A DNA stretch of 64,000 nucleotides. Source: Clostridioides phage LIBA2945. Below are positions 1-9,295 of the stretch, piece after piece (the stretch's first letter is position 1; each line of letters begins with the position of its first letter). The stretch lies in the sequence record MF547663.1; one strand, given 5' to 3'. A program made the translations under genes and the position numbers. Below the pieces are notes generated by a model. That model had not been told where the DNA came from. It made no database searches and worked only from the letters and a program-made list of their open reading frames with translations.

Positions 1-119
1 GTTTCAGTTCCATAATCAGCTAATCCATAACATAATTGATTATTTACTAAAATAGGTTCTTCTGTCTCTTCTATTTTATAGAATAAACCTCCTACTTTTA
101 CTTGCTTTGGTATATTCAT
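1..119 (-). CDS. hypothetical protein, N-terminal part (gene runs off window start)
   Basis: ATG at 119 (MNIPKQVKVGGLFYKIEETEE...); ORF stays open to the window edge. Confidence 0.3.
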   Translation of the reverse strand, partial: MNIPKQVKVGGLFYKIEETEEPILVNNQLCYGLADYGTE

Positions 120-156
120 TTAAACACTCTCCAATCTTATTAAAATCTACATTTTA

Positions 157-996
157 TTATGATTTTGATTTTCTAAAACTCTTGTTTTCCTTATGTTTGC
201 AACCCTTGTTATAATGAGAGCATAAAGTTTTACAAAAAAACTGATTACTTTTGTCATCACTTTTGCACCAAACGCTCTCATCGTTGGAATCTAGCTGTTT
301 TATTTGAGTAACTGTATCAACAACAAAATCAATTAATTGTTTCTCTAGTTCTTTAGTATATTTAATTTTTACTATAGCTCTTTCATAATCATTTATACTA
401 TCAATCTTATTTCTTTCAATTAATACTCCTTTTTCATTATTCATATATTTACACATATCAAAAGCTACATATTCAATTATTTTATCTGGATATTTTTCTT
501 TAAGATACATTGCATATAAGATAAGCTGCATTGATTTTTTAGGTAGGTCTTTTTTAGAAAATTTACTACTCGATTTATAATCTATAACATAAATTTTATT
601 ACCTATTATATAATATAAGTCTATATATCCCCTCATTGTAATTCCATTAATATCAAACTCAAAATATTCTTCTATATAGTATCTATCACATTCAATTGGT
701 ACAAAATTTTCTATATAATGTAATATACATTCTAAATAATTAATTCTTGAATTTGGTGTAGGAAAATTGTAATCCATTAGATTTGCATATTCTATAACTT
801 CATTGTATTTTTGAATAGCTTCTTGATTTGTTATTTTTCTTTGTTGTAATTGTTCTAGTAAACTATGTAATTCATTGCCATAATAACCGTAACAACTTTG
901 TTCTCGATTTAAATTTTTTACATATGTAAGATAGTACTGAAATGGACATGTGTTAAATGCATTTAATTTACTAAAGCTGTATAGTTCCTTTTCCAT
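157..996 (-). CDS. PD-(D/E)xK nuclease, Cas4/RecB-family exonuclease-like with C-terminal Cys cluster
   Basis: N-terminus YSFSKLNAFNTCPFQYYLTYV; IDLYY..IDYKSS D/ExK core; C-terminal CKTLCSHYNKGC cysteine cluster. Confidence 0.6.
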   Translation of the reverse strand: MEKELYSFSKLNAFNTCPFQYYLTYVKNLNREQSCYGYYGNELHSLLEQLQQRKITNQEAIQKYNEVIEYANLMDYNFPTPNSRINYLECILHYIENFVPIECDRYYIEEYFEFDINGITMRGYIDLYYIIGNKIYVIDYKSSSKFSKKDLPKKSMQLILYAMYLKEKYPDKIIEYVAFDMCKYMNNEKGVLIERNKIDSINDYERAIVKIKYTKELEKQLIDFVVDTVTQIKQLDSNDESVWCKSDDKSNQFFCKTLCSHYNKGCKHKENKSFRKSKS

Positions 997-1070
997 TAAT
1001 TCTCCCCTTTCAAAAAAATAGAGAGCTATTAATTAATAGCTCTCAACCCTCAGTTCCTTAAAAATATATA

Positions 1071-1310
1071 TTAGATAATATTCTCTAGGATGCTATTAAT
1101 TCCTCTAAATAGTTTATTAAATTCTATTTCAGTATAATAAGATGTTATTCCTGATGTGTCTTTTACAGCAAAGATTTTGCTATCTTCAGATATGCTTATT
1201 TCATTTAACATGTATTTATTGTCTAAGGTCAATGGCATGTCATTTAATTCTACTTTACTTATATAATCCTTTAATTCCAATTTATTCACCTCACTTTGCA
1301 TCTTCTTCAC
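1071..1310 (-). CDS. hypothetical protein
   Basis: co-oriented packed ORF; no motif recognised. Confidence 0.3.
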   Translation of the reverse strand: MKKMQSEVNKLELKDYISKVELNDMPLTLDNKYMLNEISISEDSKIFAVKDTSGITSYYTEIEFNKLFRGINSILENII

Positions 1311-1557
1311 AATAATCCCTTAAACTGTTTATAAAGTTTTCTGTAACATCAAACCCAGCTAACATCATTGAGAAAAATAGTCCTATAGAGGTTATAATAT
1401 CCAGTATATATTCTTCTATGCAAGATGTACTAGAATAAAATCCAATCTCCGTATTCCTTCCAAAATATAAACTATATATTAAATTGAAAATTAGAAAAAA
1501 TATAAATAAATATAATGCTCTATATTTACTATTAATTATCTTTTTCATCTTCATCAT
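1291..1557 (-). CDS. hypothetical membrane protein
   Basis: co-oriented ORF; hydrophobic segments (LYLFIFFLIFNLIYSLYF, ITSIGLFFSMMLAGF). Confidence 0.3.
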   Translation of the reverse strand: MMKMKKIINSKYRALYLFIFFLIFNLIYSLYFGRNTEIGFYSSTSCIEEYILDIITSIGLFFSMMLAGFDVTENFINSLRDYCEEDAK

Positions 1558-1786
1558 CCACCTTTTTTATTTCTTTTAATTCCCAAGAATAAATCATTCT
1601 TTCAGAAGTTTTATATTTCTTACTTGTATCTAATTTAATAAATAATTCTTTTGCTTCTTTAATTTTACCTTTACAAGTATGTTCTATTACATCTTCATCT
1701 GATTTGTATTTTATTTCTACCAAATCACCTGTATATAAAATCAAACCATTTTTTAATAGTATTTCTTGTCTGACTTCCTGTATCAT
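1532..1786 (-). CDS. hypothetical protein
   Basis: co-oriented packed ORF. Confidence 0.3.
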   Translation of the reverse strand: MIQEVRQEILLKNGLILYTGDLVEIKYKSDEDVIEHTCKGKIKEAKELFIKLDTSKKYKTSERMIYSWELKEIKKVDDEDEKDN

Positions 1787-2310
1787 ACAATCATCCTTTC
1801 TTCTTTTTCTAATAATATAGATATTAAAGATTTCGATATAACATCAGCTAAATCAAGTATAAGTTCAGGGTCTGAAGTATCATATATATCATATTTATTT
1901 CTACCTATAATCCCAACTATTGAATAATCACCAACTTCTAGTAACTTCTTATCTACCCCCAAACCTGGTTTAACAGGTTTATTGCTAATTATAATTGTTC
2001 CTTTATCTGAAATTTTACTTATACAAGCATCAATGGCTATTATATTTGAATTTGGATAATTATTTTTTATTGCTTGTATTTTTTGTTCTAAATTTAAAGC
2101 ATGTATTGAATCTCCTAATACTCCAAATATTTTATTTCTAATAGTAGATTTTTCTAGTATACTGCCAATCATAGGGGCTAATGAGTCAGCTAAAACTCTA
2201 TCACTACCTATACATACTATTAAAGTGTCCTCATTTACAATATCCCTTAATACTTCTGATATTTTTGATATAGCATTTAGATTGTTGTAACTGATTTTTA
2301 ATATGTCCAT
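1783..2310 (-). CDS. YyaC-like (DUF1256) sporulation-associated putative protease
   Basis: LIVCIGSDRVLADSLAPMIGSIL matches the YyaC signature CIGTDRSTGDSLGPLVG. Confidence 0.5.
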   Translation of the reverse strand: MDILKISYNNLNAISKISEVLRDIVNEDTLIVCIGSDRVLADSLAPMIGSILEKSTIRNKIFGVLGDSIHALNLEQKIQAIKNNYPNSNIIAIDACISKISDKGTIIISNKPVKPGLGVDKKLLEVGDYSIVGIIGRNKYDIYDTSDPELILDLADVISKSLISILLEKEERMIV

Positions 2311-2320
2311 ATAACACCTC

Positions 2321-2986
2321 TTAAATATAAAATTCTTTCATATCATCCAATCTTAAACAAGCCAATTTACCATTATCAAAACATGCTCCACAATCTATAT
2401 TTATAATTCCTTCCTGTTTATATATTTCAGCCTTTTCATAATCTTTAATGTTTTGAGTTGGTGTATGACCAATAATAATTGTGTATCCTTTTATATGTTT
2501 ATTAGTATTTAATATTGTTCTATCCCACACACAAATATCTTCTTCTTGTAACTCAATTATTTGCTCTATACTGAGATTCTCATAGTTATTTGGAAGGTAT
2601 AGTCCAGCATGGACTAGTATAAAATTATCTATTATCTCTAAATATGGAAGGTTCTTAATATATTTATAAAAATTTTCTTTATATTCATAAGACTTCATTC
2701 CTAAATCATAAAATGTATCTTTACCTCCATTATAAAACCAAAGAAAACTACTATTTACATCTGTATAACTTTCTTGAAACATTAACTCATGATTACCTTT
2801 TAGAAGAGTTATATTCTTATACTTTCTTATATAATCTATAATCTCTAAAGACTTATCCCCTCTATCTAATACATCTCCTAAAATATACAAATGGTCATTT
2901 GAATTGAAATTGATTTGCTCTAACATTGAAATAAATTTATCATACATACCATGTAAGTCACTCATTACATATTTAATAATTACCAC
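2321..2986 (-). CDS. calcineurin-like metallophosphoesterase (lambda-phosphatase/ApaH/Pnkp-phosphatase family)
   Basis: SDLHGMYDKF, GDVLDRGDKS, GNHE metallophosphoesterase motifs. Confidence 0.7.
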   Translation of the reverse strand: MVIIKYVMSDLHGMYDKFISMLEQINFNSNDHLYILGDVLDRGDKSLEIIDYIRKYKNITLLKGNHELMFQESYTDVNSSFLWFYNGGKDTFYDLGMKSYEYKENFYKYIKNLPYLEIIDNFILVHAGLYLPNNYENLSIEQIIELQEEDICVWDRTILNTNKHIKGYTIIIGHTPTQNIKDYEKAEIYKQEGIINIDCGACFDNGKLACLRLDDMKEFYI

Positions 2987-3006
2987 CTCCTATTAAAACT
3001 AACTTT

Positions 3007-3450
3007 TTAATCTAAATAGCTAACATCTAAAATACAGTCACCAACTATTTCAAAAGCACATAATATTTGTTTACCATAATCAGATAGCCATGACCCCCAA
3101 ATGCTACTACCATGTTCTAATAACCCATATGAATTTAAAGCATTTAATATAAATTCTTGTATCAAATCATTTTTACTACCAATTATTCCACAAACATTAT
3201 TAAATTCTATTTCAAATATGTAACATCTTTCTGTGTATTCTAAATTACAATTTTTTTCTTTATTTTGTATGGCAGTCAATACTCCTTTTATCATAAAAGA
3301 TATATCTTCAGGAGAACCACAACCACAAAAGTCCATTATTTCATATCTTAGATGTAATATCATTTTACTTGCTATTTTTTTTAATTGATAATTATCATAT
3401 ATATTCATTTCTTTTAACTTAATCAAATCTATCTTATTTATTTTGTCCAC
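3007..3450 (-). CDS. hypothetical protein
   Basis: co-oriented packed ORF. Confidence 0.3.
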   Translation of the reverse strand: MDKINKIDLIKLKEMNIYDNYQLKKIASKMILHLRYEIMDFCGCGSPEDISFMIKGVLTAIQNKEKNCNLEYTERCYIFEIEFNNVCGIIGSKNDLIQEFILNALNSYGLLEHGSSIWGSWLSDYGKQILCAFEIVGDCILDVSYLD

Positions 3451-3473
3451 ATTATCTCCCTTCTTTTTATATG

Positions 3474-4325
3474 TTACTTTCTTATATCTTTCATAAGCAA
3501 ATATATTATCATATCTTTAGATAAATTTTCTTTTGAATATGCTATTGCTTTATTTAAGATTTCTAATATTTCACAATAATTACGACATTCATCAAATAAT
3601 AATTGAGAAAATGTATCTGAAAATCTAATCTTTTTCATTTGATTCATAAACATTCTATGATAATATTCTTGTTCTCCTAATTTACATATGGCATACCATT
3701 TAGACTTAGTGTTTACTTCAGGAAAACTATTTTGTATATGTAGTTTTAATTTATCAAAAGTTAATTCTTCTAAAAATATTATCTCTTTAGCAGCTATTTT
3801 ATTTATTTTATGACCACGTAAAACACTACCTGAAAGGAGAGTCACTTCACCATATTCTTTACCATATTTATATTTATCGGCTTTTTTCACTAGAGCTTTT
3901 ACTTTAAAAAATCTATTGCTTAAATTTGGAGCATAATATTGAAATACGTCACCCAAGTCTAAACATAAATGGAATCCCCAATTCCATATATTAATATCAT
4001 CACCATCCATACTATAGGCTTTGTTTAATTCATATTGAAATTCCTTACATTTCATATTTTTATCTGTACATTTATATCCTTCAACCCAAGCCCATTCCTT
4101 TCCCTCATTTTCCTTTACTCTTTCTACTTTTTTTCTTTCTTCTTCTATCTTTTTTTCTTTTTCCAATTCTATTTTTAACCTATCAATATCTAATAGTTTT
4201 CTTTCCATTTCTTTATCATATTGTATATTATCTCTATTATATATTGGTTGTTTGGGAGGAGGAGAAGGAGGTTCTTCTTCTGTTATTTTTACATTTCTAC
4301 CATATTTTTTATTGAAGATACTCAA
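3474..4325 (-). CDS. hypothetical protein (Pro-rich N-terminus, charged coiled segment)
   Basis: co-oriented packed ORF; PPSPPPKQP and KIELEKEKKIEEERKK segments. Confidence 0.35.
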   Translation of the reverse strand: MSIFNKKYGRNVKITEEEPPSPPPKQPIYNRDNIQYDKEMERKLLDIDRLKIELEKEKKIEEERKKVERVKENEGKEWAWVEGYKCTDKNMKCKEFQYELNKAYSMDGDDINIWNWGFHLCLDLGDVFQYYAPNLSNRFFKVKALVKKADKYKYGKEYGEVTLLSGSVLRGHKINKIAAKEIIFLEELTFDKLKLHIQNSFPEVNTKSKWYAICKLGEQEYYHRMFMNQMKKIRFSDTFSQLLFDECRNYCEILEILNKAIAYSKENLSKDMIIYLLMKDIRK

Positions 4326-4345
4326 TATAATATCACCTCACTTTA

Positions 4346-4633
4346 TTATTTAGAAACTATTTTAATTTTATATCCTAGTTCATCTTCAATTTCTTCTTTA
4401 GTCATTGATTTAGGATTACTTTCTAACTCTTCTTTTTTTGGTAAGTGTATAAAATAACATTCAATTGGTAAGCAATTTTCTCCTTTAGTTTTATGAAAGA
4501 GTCCAAAAAAACTAGTATCACTCACTGTATAAATTTCACCTTTTTTATAATTTCCTATGTTATTTATACAATATAATTTATCTCCCATGTGTACGTTTTT
4601 TATTAAAAATTTTATCATGTAATCTACCTCCAA
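4346..4633 (-). CDS. hypothetical protein
   Basis: co-oriented packed ORF. Confidence 0.3.
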   Translation of the reverse strand: MEVDYMIKFLIKNVHMGDKLYCINNIGNYKKGEIYTVSDTSFFGLFHKTKGENCLPIECYFIHLPKKEELESNPKSMTKEEIEDELGYKIKIVSK

Positions 4634-4712
4634 TTCATATTAAAACACATATTTTATTTCATAAATTCTTCTTTAGTCAAAAATCACCTCCTAAGAAGGG
4701 AAATTTCCCTTC

Positions 4713-5213
4713 TTAATTCATATATAGTATTACTTGTTTTTTATTTAATGATTGTTGAACATCAATTATCCTTTGATTTGATGAACCTTTAAAAATTAAC
4801 TCTAAAGATTTTTTATCTTCTTCAAATTTTCCATCTACAAGAACATCTATTAATTTTAACAATTCTAGCTTTTCATTGTCTGTTATGAGTTCTTCAAACT
4901 TAAAACCTGTATAACACCATATTGTTTTGTTTGTATTCTTTTTAATTAATTTAGCTAAATGAACAAATCCTTGCAGTTGTAGAAGTGGGTCTCCTCCTGA
5001 AAATGTTACATCTGAAAATTTATTTGAAATGATTTCCTTATAAATATCTAATACTTTAGTTAAAGTTCCATTTTTTATATCCCAAGATTGAGGATTGTGG
5101 CAGCCTCTACACATATGATTACATCCAGAACAATAAATAGATGTTCTAAACCCTTCTCCATCAACAATTGTGTCATGTTTTATATCTAAAATATAAATAT
5201 AGTCTTTATCCAT
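4713..5213 (-). CDS. nrdG: anaerobic ribonucleoside-triphosphate reductase activating protein (radical SAM)
   Basis: VDGEGFRTSIYCSGCNHMCRGCHNPQSWD carries the CxxxCxxC radical-SAM motif in NrdG context; ORF overlaps the nrdD stop. Confidence 0.8.
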   Translation of the reverse strand: MDKDYIYILDIKHDTIVDGEGFRTSIYCSGCNHMCRGCHNPQSWDIKNGTLTKVLDIYKEIISNKFSDVTFSGGDPLLQLQGFVHLAKLIKKNTNKTIWCYTGFKFEELITDNEKLELLKLIDVLVDGKFEEDKKSLELIFKGSSNQRIIDVQQSLNKKQVILYMN

Positions 5214-7431
5214 GTGTGACTCTATCCTTTAACTCAGCTAATTTTGCATTATTCCAGCTATCCGTAGTTCCAACTAGATATCCTGTAATTCTTTGTATAA
5301 TATTTATGTTATGACTTCCACATTTTGGGCATTCTTTTAACTCTGAATCTGCATTTTCAAAACCACAATTAAGACATCTGCTTCTTGTATGGTTTACAGA
5401 ACCATAACCCATATTGTATTTTTTTATTAAATCCACAACCTTCATTATAGCTTTAGGATTATGTGTTGCATCCCCATCTAATTCAACATAAAATATGTGG
5501 CCACCACCTTCTAATTCATGGTAAGATGCTTCTATTTTCGCTTTATGTTCAACATTGCAGTTATACCAAACTGGAACATGAGAACTATTAGTATAATAAT
5601 CTTTGTCTGTAATATTTTTTATTTCTCCAAATATTTTTTTATCTTTTTGAGTAAATTTTCCAGAAAGACCTTCTGCGGGTGTGCCTAATACAGAATAATT
5701 GAGGTTATATTTCTTTTTATATTTTTCTACTTTAGACTTTAAAAATGATATGATTTCTAAACCTAATTTTTGTGCCTTTTCGCTTTCACCATGATGTTCA
5801 CCTATAAGAGCTATTAAACATTCTGCTAGACCTATAAATCCTACCCCAAGTGTTCCATGCTTTAAAACTTCGCTTACATCATCATTTGGATTTAAATTTT
5901 CTGAGTTTTTCCATAACCCACTCATTAATAGTGGAAACTGTTTTGCTTTAGCAGTACATTGAAATAAGTATCTATCATATAATTGTCTTGCTACTACATC
6001 TGAATATTTATCAAGAAGAAAAATAAACTCTGCAACTCTATTAGCTTCATTATTTGGATATTTTTCTTTAGCCTCTAATGCCATTTTTACTAAATTAAGA
6101 GTCGTAAAAGATAGATTTCCTCTTCCTATACTTGTTTTTTCTCCATGCAAATCTTCAAATACCCTTGTACGACACCCCATTGTTGCTACTTCATAAATAT
6201 ATCTGTTTGGGTCACACATTTTCCATTTTACATGCTTATTGAAGGTTGCATCTAAATTTAAAAAATTAGGGAAAAATCTTTTAGCTGATACTTTACATGC
6301 TAATTCATATAAGTCATAATTTCTATCAGTAGGATTATAGTTCACACCTTCTTTCACTTTCCAGATTTGAATTGGGAAAATTGGTGTTTCTCCATTTCCG
6401 ACTCCTTCATAAGTAGATTTTAGTATTTCTCTTATTATACATCTACCTTCTGCTGAAGTATCTGTACCATAATTTATAGAACTAAACACGACCTGATTTC
6501 CACCCCTTGAATGAATTGTGTTCATATTATGTATAAATGACTCCATTGATTGATGAACTCTCCATACAGTTCTGTTTATAGCATGTTGAACATTTCTTTT
6601 TTCGCTGTCTAATTCTTTTAAGTCCTTAATTATATAATCCTCTATTTCTATATTGTATAAATGAGATAAATCAATATCATCCTTTATTTCTATATTTTTT
6701 ATTTCTTCTATAAATGTTTTTCTTACACTCGGAGCATTATAAAAATCAAAAGCTGGTATCGCCTGTCCTCCATGCATTTCATTTTGTACAGTCTCTAAAC
6801 TAATACATCCTAATATACTTGAAGTCTCTATTCTTTTAGTAGGTCTACTAGAGCCATGTCCCGCTCTAAAACCATTATTAAAAATTTTATCTAAAGGATG
6901 TTGGATACAAGTTAATGATTTCGTAGGATAATAGTCTTTATCATGTATATGTATATAATTATCCATCATTGCTTCTTTTGCTTCTTCAGATAAAAGTACA
7001 TGGTCAGTAAAAGTTTTAGTAGCTTCACTTGCAAACTTCATCATCATACCTGCTGGAGTATCTGCATTCATATTTGCATTTTCTTTAGTTATATCATTAC
7101 TTTCAGTATTTACAATAGACATATAATCATTATAAGTTTTTCTTCCTCTTGCTATATTTCTTTTCTCTCTGTATGTTATATATTCTTTAGCGACATCTTT
7201 CTTTTTACTAGCCATTAAGCTAAATTCGATTATATCTTGTATATCTTCTATATGCATTTTTTCACATGGTTTATTTTTTATTTTTTTAGCTATTAGCGTT
7301 GCTAATTCTCTATCAAATGCTTCACTTTTTCCTTTATTCCTTAATGATAAAAAGCTTTTTTCTATTGCGTCTATTATTTTGTTTTCATCAAAGGGAACTA
7401 TTCTCCCATCTCTTTTAATTACGTTTAACAT
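5206..7431 (-). CDS. nrdD: anaerobic ribonucleoside-triphosphate reductase
   Basis: 741 aa; C-terminal CLNCGF..CPKCGS zinc ribbon followed by the glycyl-radical motif RITGYL. Confidence 0.9.
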   Translation of the reverse strand: MLNVIKRDGRIVPFDENKIIDAIEKSFLSLRNKGKSEAFDRELATLIAKKIKNKPCEKMHIEDIQDIIEFSLMASKKKDVAKEYITYREKRNIARGRKTYNDYMSIVNTESNDITKENANMNADTPAGMMMKFASEATKTFTDHVLLSEEAKEAMMDNYIHIHDKDYYPTKSLTCIQHPLDKIFNNGFRAGHGSSRPTKRIETSSILGCISLETVQNEMHGGQAIPAFDFYNAPSVRKTFIEEIKNIEIKDDIDLSHLYNIEIEDYIIKDLKELDSEKRNVQHAINRTVWRVHQSMESFIHNMNTIHSRGGNQVVFSSINYGTDTSAEGRCIIREILKSTYEGVGNGETPIFPIQIWKVKEGVNYNPTDRNYDLYELACKVSAKRFFPNFLNLDATFNKHVKWKMCDPNRYIYEVATMGCRTRVFEDLHGEKTSIGRGNLSFTTLNLVKMALEAKEKYPNNEANRVAEFIFLLDKYSDVVARQLYDRYLFQCTAKAKQFPLLMSGLWKNSENLNPNDDVSEVLKHGTLGVGFIGLAECLIALIGEHHGESEKAQKLGLEIISFLKSKVEKYKKKYNLNYSVLGTPAEGLSGKFTQKDKKIFGEIKNITDKDYYTNSSHVPVWYNCNVEHKAKIEASYHELEGGGHIFYVELDGDATHNPKAIMKVVDLIKKYNMGYGSVNHTRSRCLNCGFENADSELKECPKCGSHNINIIQRITGYLVGTTDSWNNAKLAELKDRVTHG

Positions 7432-7444
7432 TAAATACCACTCC

Positions 7445-7468
7445 TTTGTATTTTATTTAGTTTATAAA
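7445..7468 (-). promoter_or_regulatory. conserved intergenic motif copy (coding-strand TTTATAAACTAAATAAAATACAAA) abutting the nrdD RBS
   Basis: one of at least 12 copies of the core AACTRAATAAAATAC placed upstream of genes. Confidence 0.45.
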
Positions 7469-7570
7469 AATTTTATAAATTTAATTAAGTTTAATATAAG
7501 TATAACACTCAACTAGATAAAATGCAATACTAGATTTTAAAAATTTTCATTTTAAAATCTAGTATTATCT

Positions 7571-8710
7571 CTATTGTTTTTGCTGCTGAATTGCAAATTG
7601 CTCTAAATATATATCTTTCAAGGTTCTTCTTGTACTTGTATTATTAATAATACTTAATCCAGAACTTGTTTCTCTCATAACTCTGCTCCAAATAGAACTG
7701 CCTTTATCCATATCTATATACTTAATACATTGCATCTTCTTTTTCCAATTTGAGTGTCTCCATAAATATAAATTATGCGCAAGACCTAGATATGCATAAA
7801 ACATGAAATTCTCACAAGTTAATGAGATTTCTTTAGACATTTTTCTTCCTTCATAAGACATCATCTCAGGATAAATTTTAACTAATTCTTCAAAAAACTC
7901 TTTTAAAAATTTAAAACATTCTTCTTCCATATTTTTGTCTTCGATATCACTAAAAGTATTTTTAAATGCTGTTACAAGTGTATTTAAAGTAACAATATTC
8001 ATCATATCATTTTTTGCAATAGATGTTTTAACCATATCTATTTTATTCTTTAATGCCCCTTTTTCATTTAATTTTATCATAATACGATTTACTGCATCCT
8101 GTTTATTAAAAGATTCAATTCTCGACTTAGAAAGAGTTTCGTGCAAGTTTAATTGCCAGAAATGTTCCATTGCAACTTCCATGTTATGACAAGTTATTAG
8201 AACAGGAAATTTAAGAGTTTTTAATATTTTTATTATTCTCTTTTCATCTTCTCCTCCTATTATTTTGGCATCCTGATATATATTATGTATTGCTTTTGTT
8301 CTATGTTGACCATCTTGCATACACATTAAACCTAGTATTATTGTTAGTTGCGAAGTATATTCATCATATATTACTTTTCCTTCTTTCCCATTTTCATCAA
8401 GTATATTTATTGTTAGTTGGTCTGGAAAATATTTTTCTTGTAATATCTTTTTTTGAATACTTTTGACTCTTGTTTTATTAAAAACTGCTTTATATTTAAA
8501 TGTTCCATCTGCTTGTTTTTTTGCTAATAGACCACGCTGTGTTGCAGGATAGTATATTATTTTTTGTTCATCCCATAATTTTGCTATTTCATATGCAGAA
8601 ATATTTATAGTCCACATTTTTTTATATAAGTGGTCTACTCCTTGAAATGTGTAGTTCTCAGTAAGTTTATGTTCATTAGGATTATATATATTATCAAATG
8701 TTATCGCCAA
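7571..8710 (-). CDS. DGQHR-domain (DndB-like) protein
   Basis: LMCMQDGQHRTKAIHNI carries the DGQHR signature; upstream YYPATQRGLL QR motif; TTG start. Confidence 0.65.
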   Translation of the reverse strand: MAITFDNIYNPNEHKLTENYTFQGVDHLYKKMWTINISAYEIAKLWDEQKIIYYPATQRGLLAKKQADGTFKYKAVFNKTRVKSIQKKILQEKYFPDQLTINILDENGKEGKVIYDEYTSQLTIILGLMCMQDGQHRTKAIHNIYQDAKIIGGEDEKRIIKILKTLKFPVLITCHNMEVAMEHFWQLNLHETLSKSRIESFNKQDAVNRIMIKLNEKGALKNKIDMVKTSIAKNDMMNIVTLNTLVTAFKNTFSDIEDKNMEEECFKFLKEFFEELVKIYPEMMSYEGRKMSKEISLTCENFMFYAYLGLAHNLYLWRHSNWKKKMQCIKYIDMDKGSSIWSRVMRETSSGLSIINNTSTRRTLKDIYLEQFAIQQQKQ

Positions 8711-8789
8711 TTAAATCTCTCCTTATTTTGTATTTTATTATATTATTATTATATACCATTTTCAACTGAATAAAAATAGACTTTAAACA

Positions 8790-8811
8790 ATTTATCTGTT
8801 TTTTATTTAGT
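8790..8811 (-). promoter_or_regulatory. conserved intergenic motif copy
   Basis: plus-strand tttttatttagtttataattt, i.e. ATTATAAACTAAATAAAAA on the coding strand. Confidence 0.4.
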
Positions 8812-8880
8812 TTATAATTTACTCTAACATCCTTATTTTATACATAATCCTAAGTTTTAAATCTTATTAAAATAGTGATT

Positions 8881-9183
8881 TTAATTACTTTTTTTCTTCT
8901 TAGATTCCTCCTCTGTCTTTTTCTTATTTTTTAAATTTCTTGCTTCCTCTTCTATTAATTCAATCATAGTATCAATAAAGGTTTTTACAAATATTTTTTT
9001 ATAATTTTTAAATTCTTTATCAGTCAAATCTAACTCTTGTTCATCTACGATATTTTGGAATCTATCATTCGCAAATTTTTCTAAATATTTTTTTGAATAT
9101 GTTATAGTAAAACATGCTTTGAATGATTTAGCATATTCTTTAGTCCAATCTTTTAAATTATTTAATTCTATTCTTAATCCCAT
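8881..9183 (-). CDS. hypothetical protein (Lys-rich C-terminus)
   Basis: co-oriented ORF. Confidence 0.3.
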   Translation of the reverse strand: MGLRIELNNLKDWTKEYAKSFKACFTITYSKKYLEKFANDRFQNIVDEQELDLTDKEFKNYKKIFVKTFIDTMIELIEEEARNLKNKKKTEEESKKKKSN

Positions 9184-9295
9184 TTGAATCCCCTTTTATT
9201 TATAAAAATTTAATTCCTCTATATTTATATATTTTATCTTTTTTAGATTTTATTTATTCTTTAAAATCACCACTAGAATTTTATTTATGGCATAT

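Noticed and set aside
4221-4457. Plus-strand ORFs overlapping long minus-strand genes (4221..4457, 7000..7218, 7935..8189, 9864..10148, 12946..13143, 13180..13368, 13633..13863, 14830..15081, 20412..20663, 22460..22786, 24650..24850, 34673..34894, 35634..35873, 36189..36419, 40432..40662, 41041..41271, 42271..42453, 42691..42975, 43384..43623, 44225..44449, 44482..44715, 48260..48541, 48397..48702, 49952..50143, 50174..50422, 57312..57497, 55363..55599)
   Set aside because: They are antisense to well-supported genes, low-complexity and hydrophobic (a poly-T/A translation artefact of an AT-rich genome), and lack ribosome-binding sites.
4713-5213. QueE (7-carboxy-7-deazaguanine synthase) instead of NrdG, which would link it to the DGQHR protein in a deazaguanine DNA-modification pathway
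   Set aside because: The Cys motif is CxxxCxxC embedded in VDGEGFRTS..GCHNP, typical of NrdG. The ORF overlaps the nrdD stop, and no QueC, QueD, FolE or DpdA candidates are visible.
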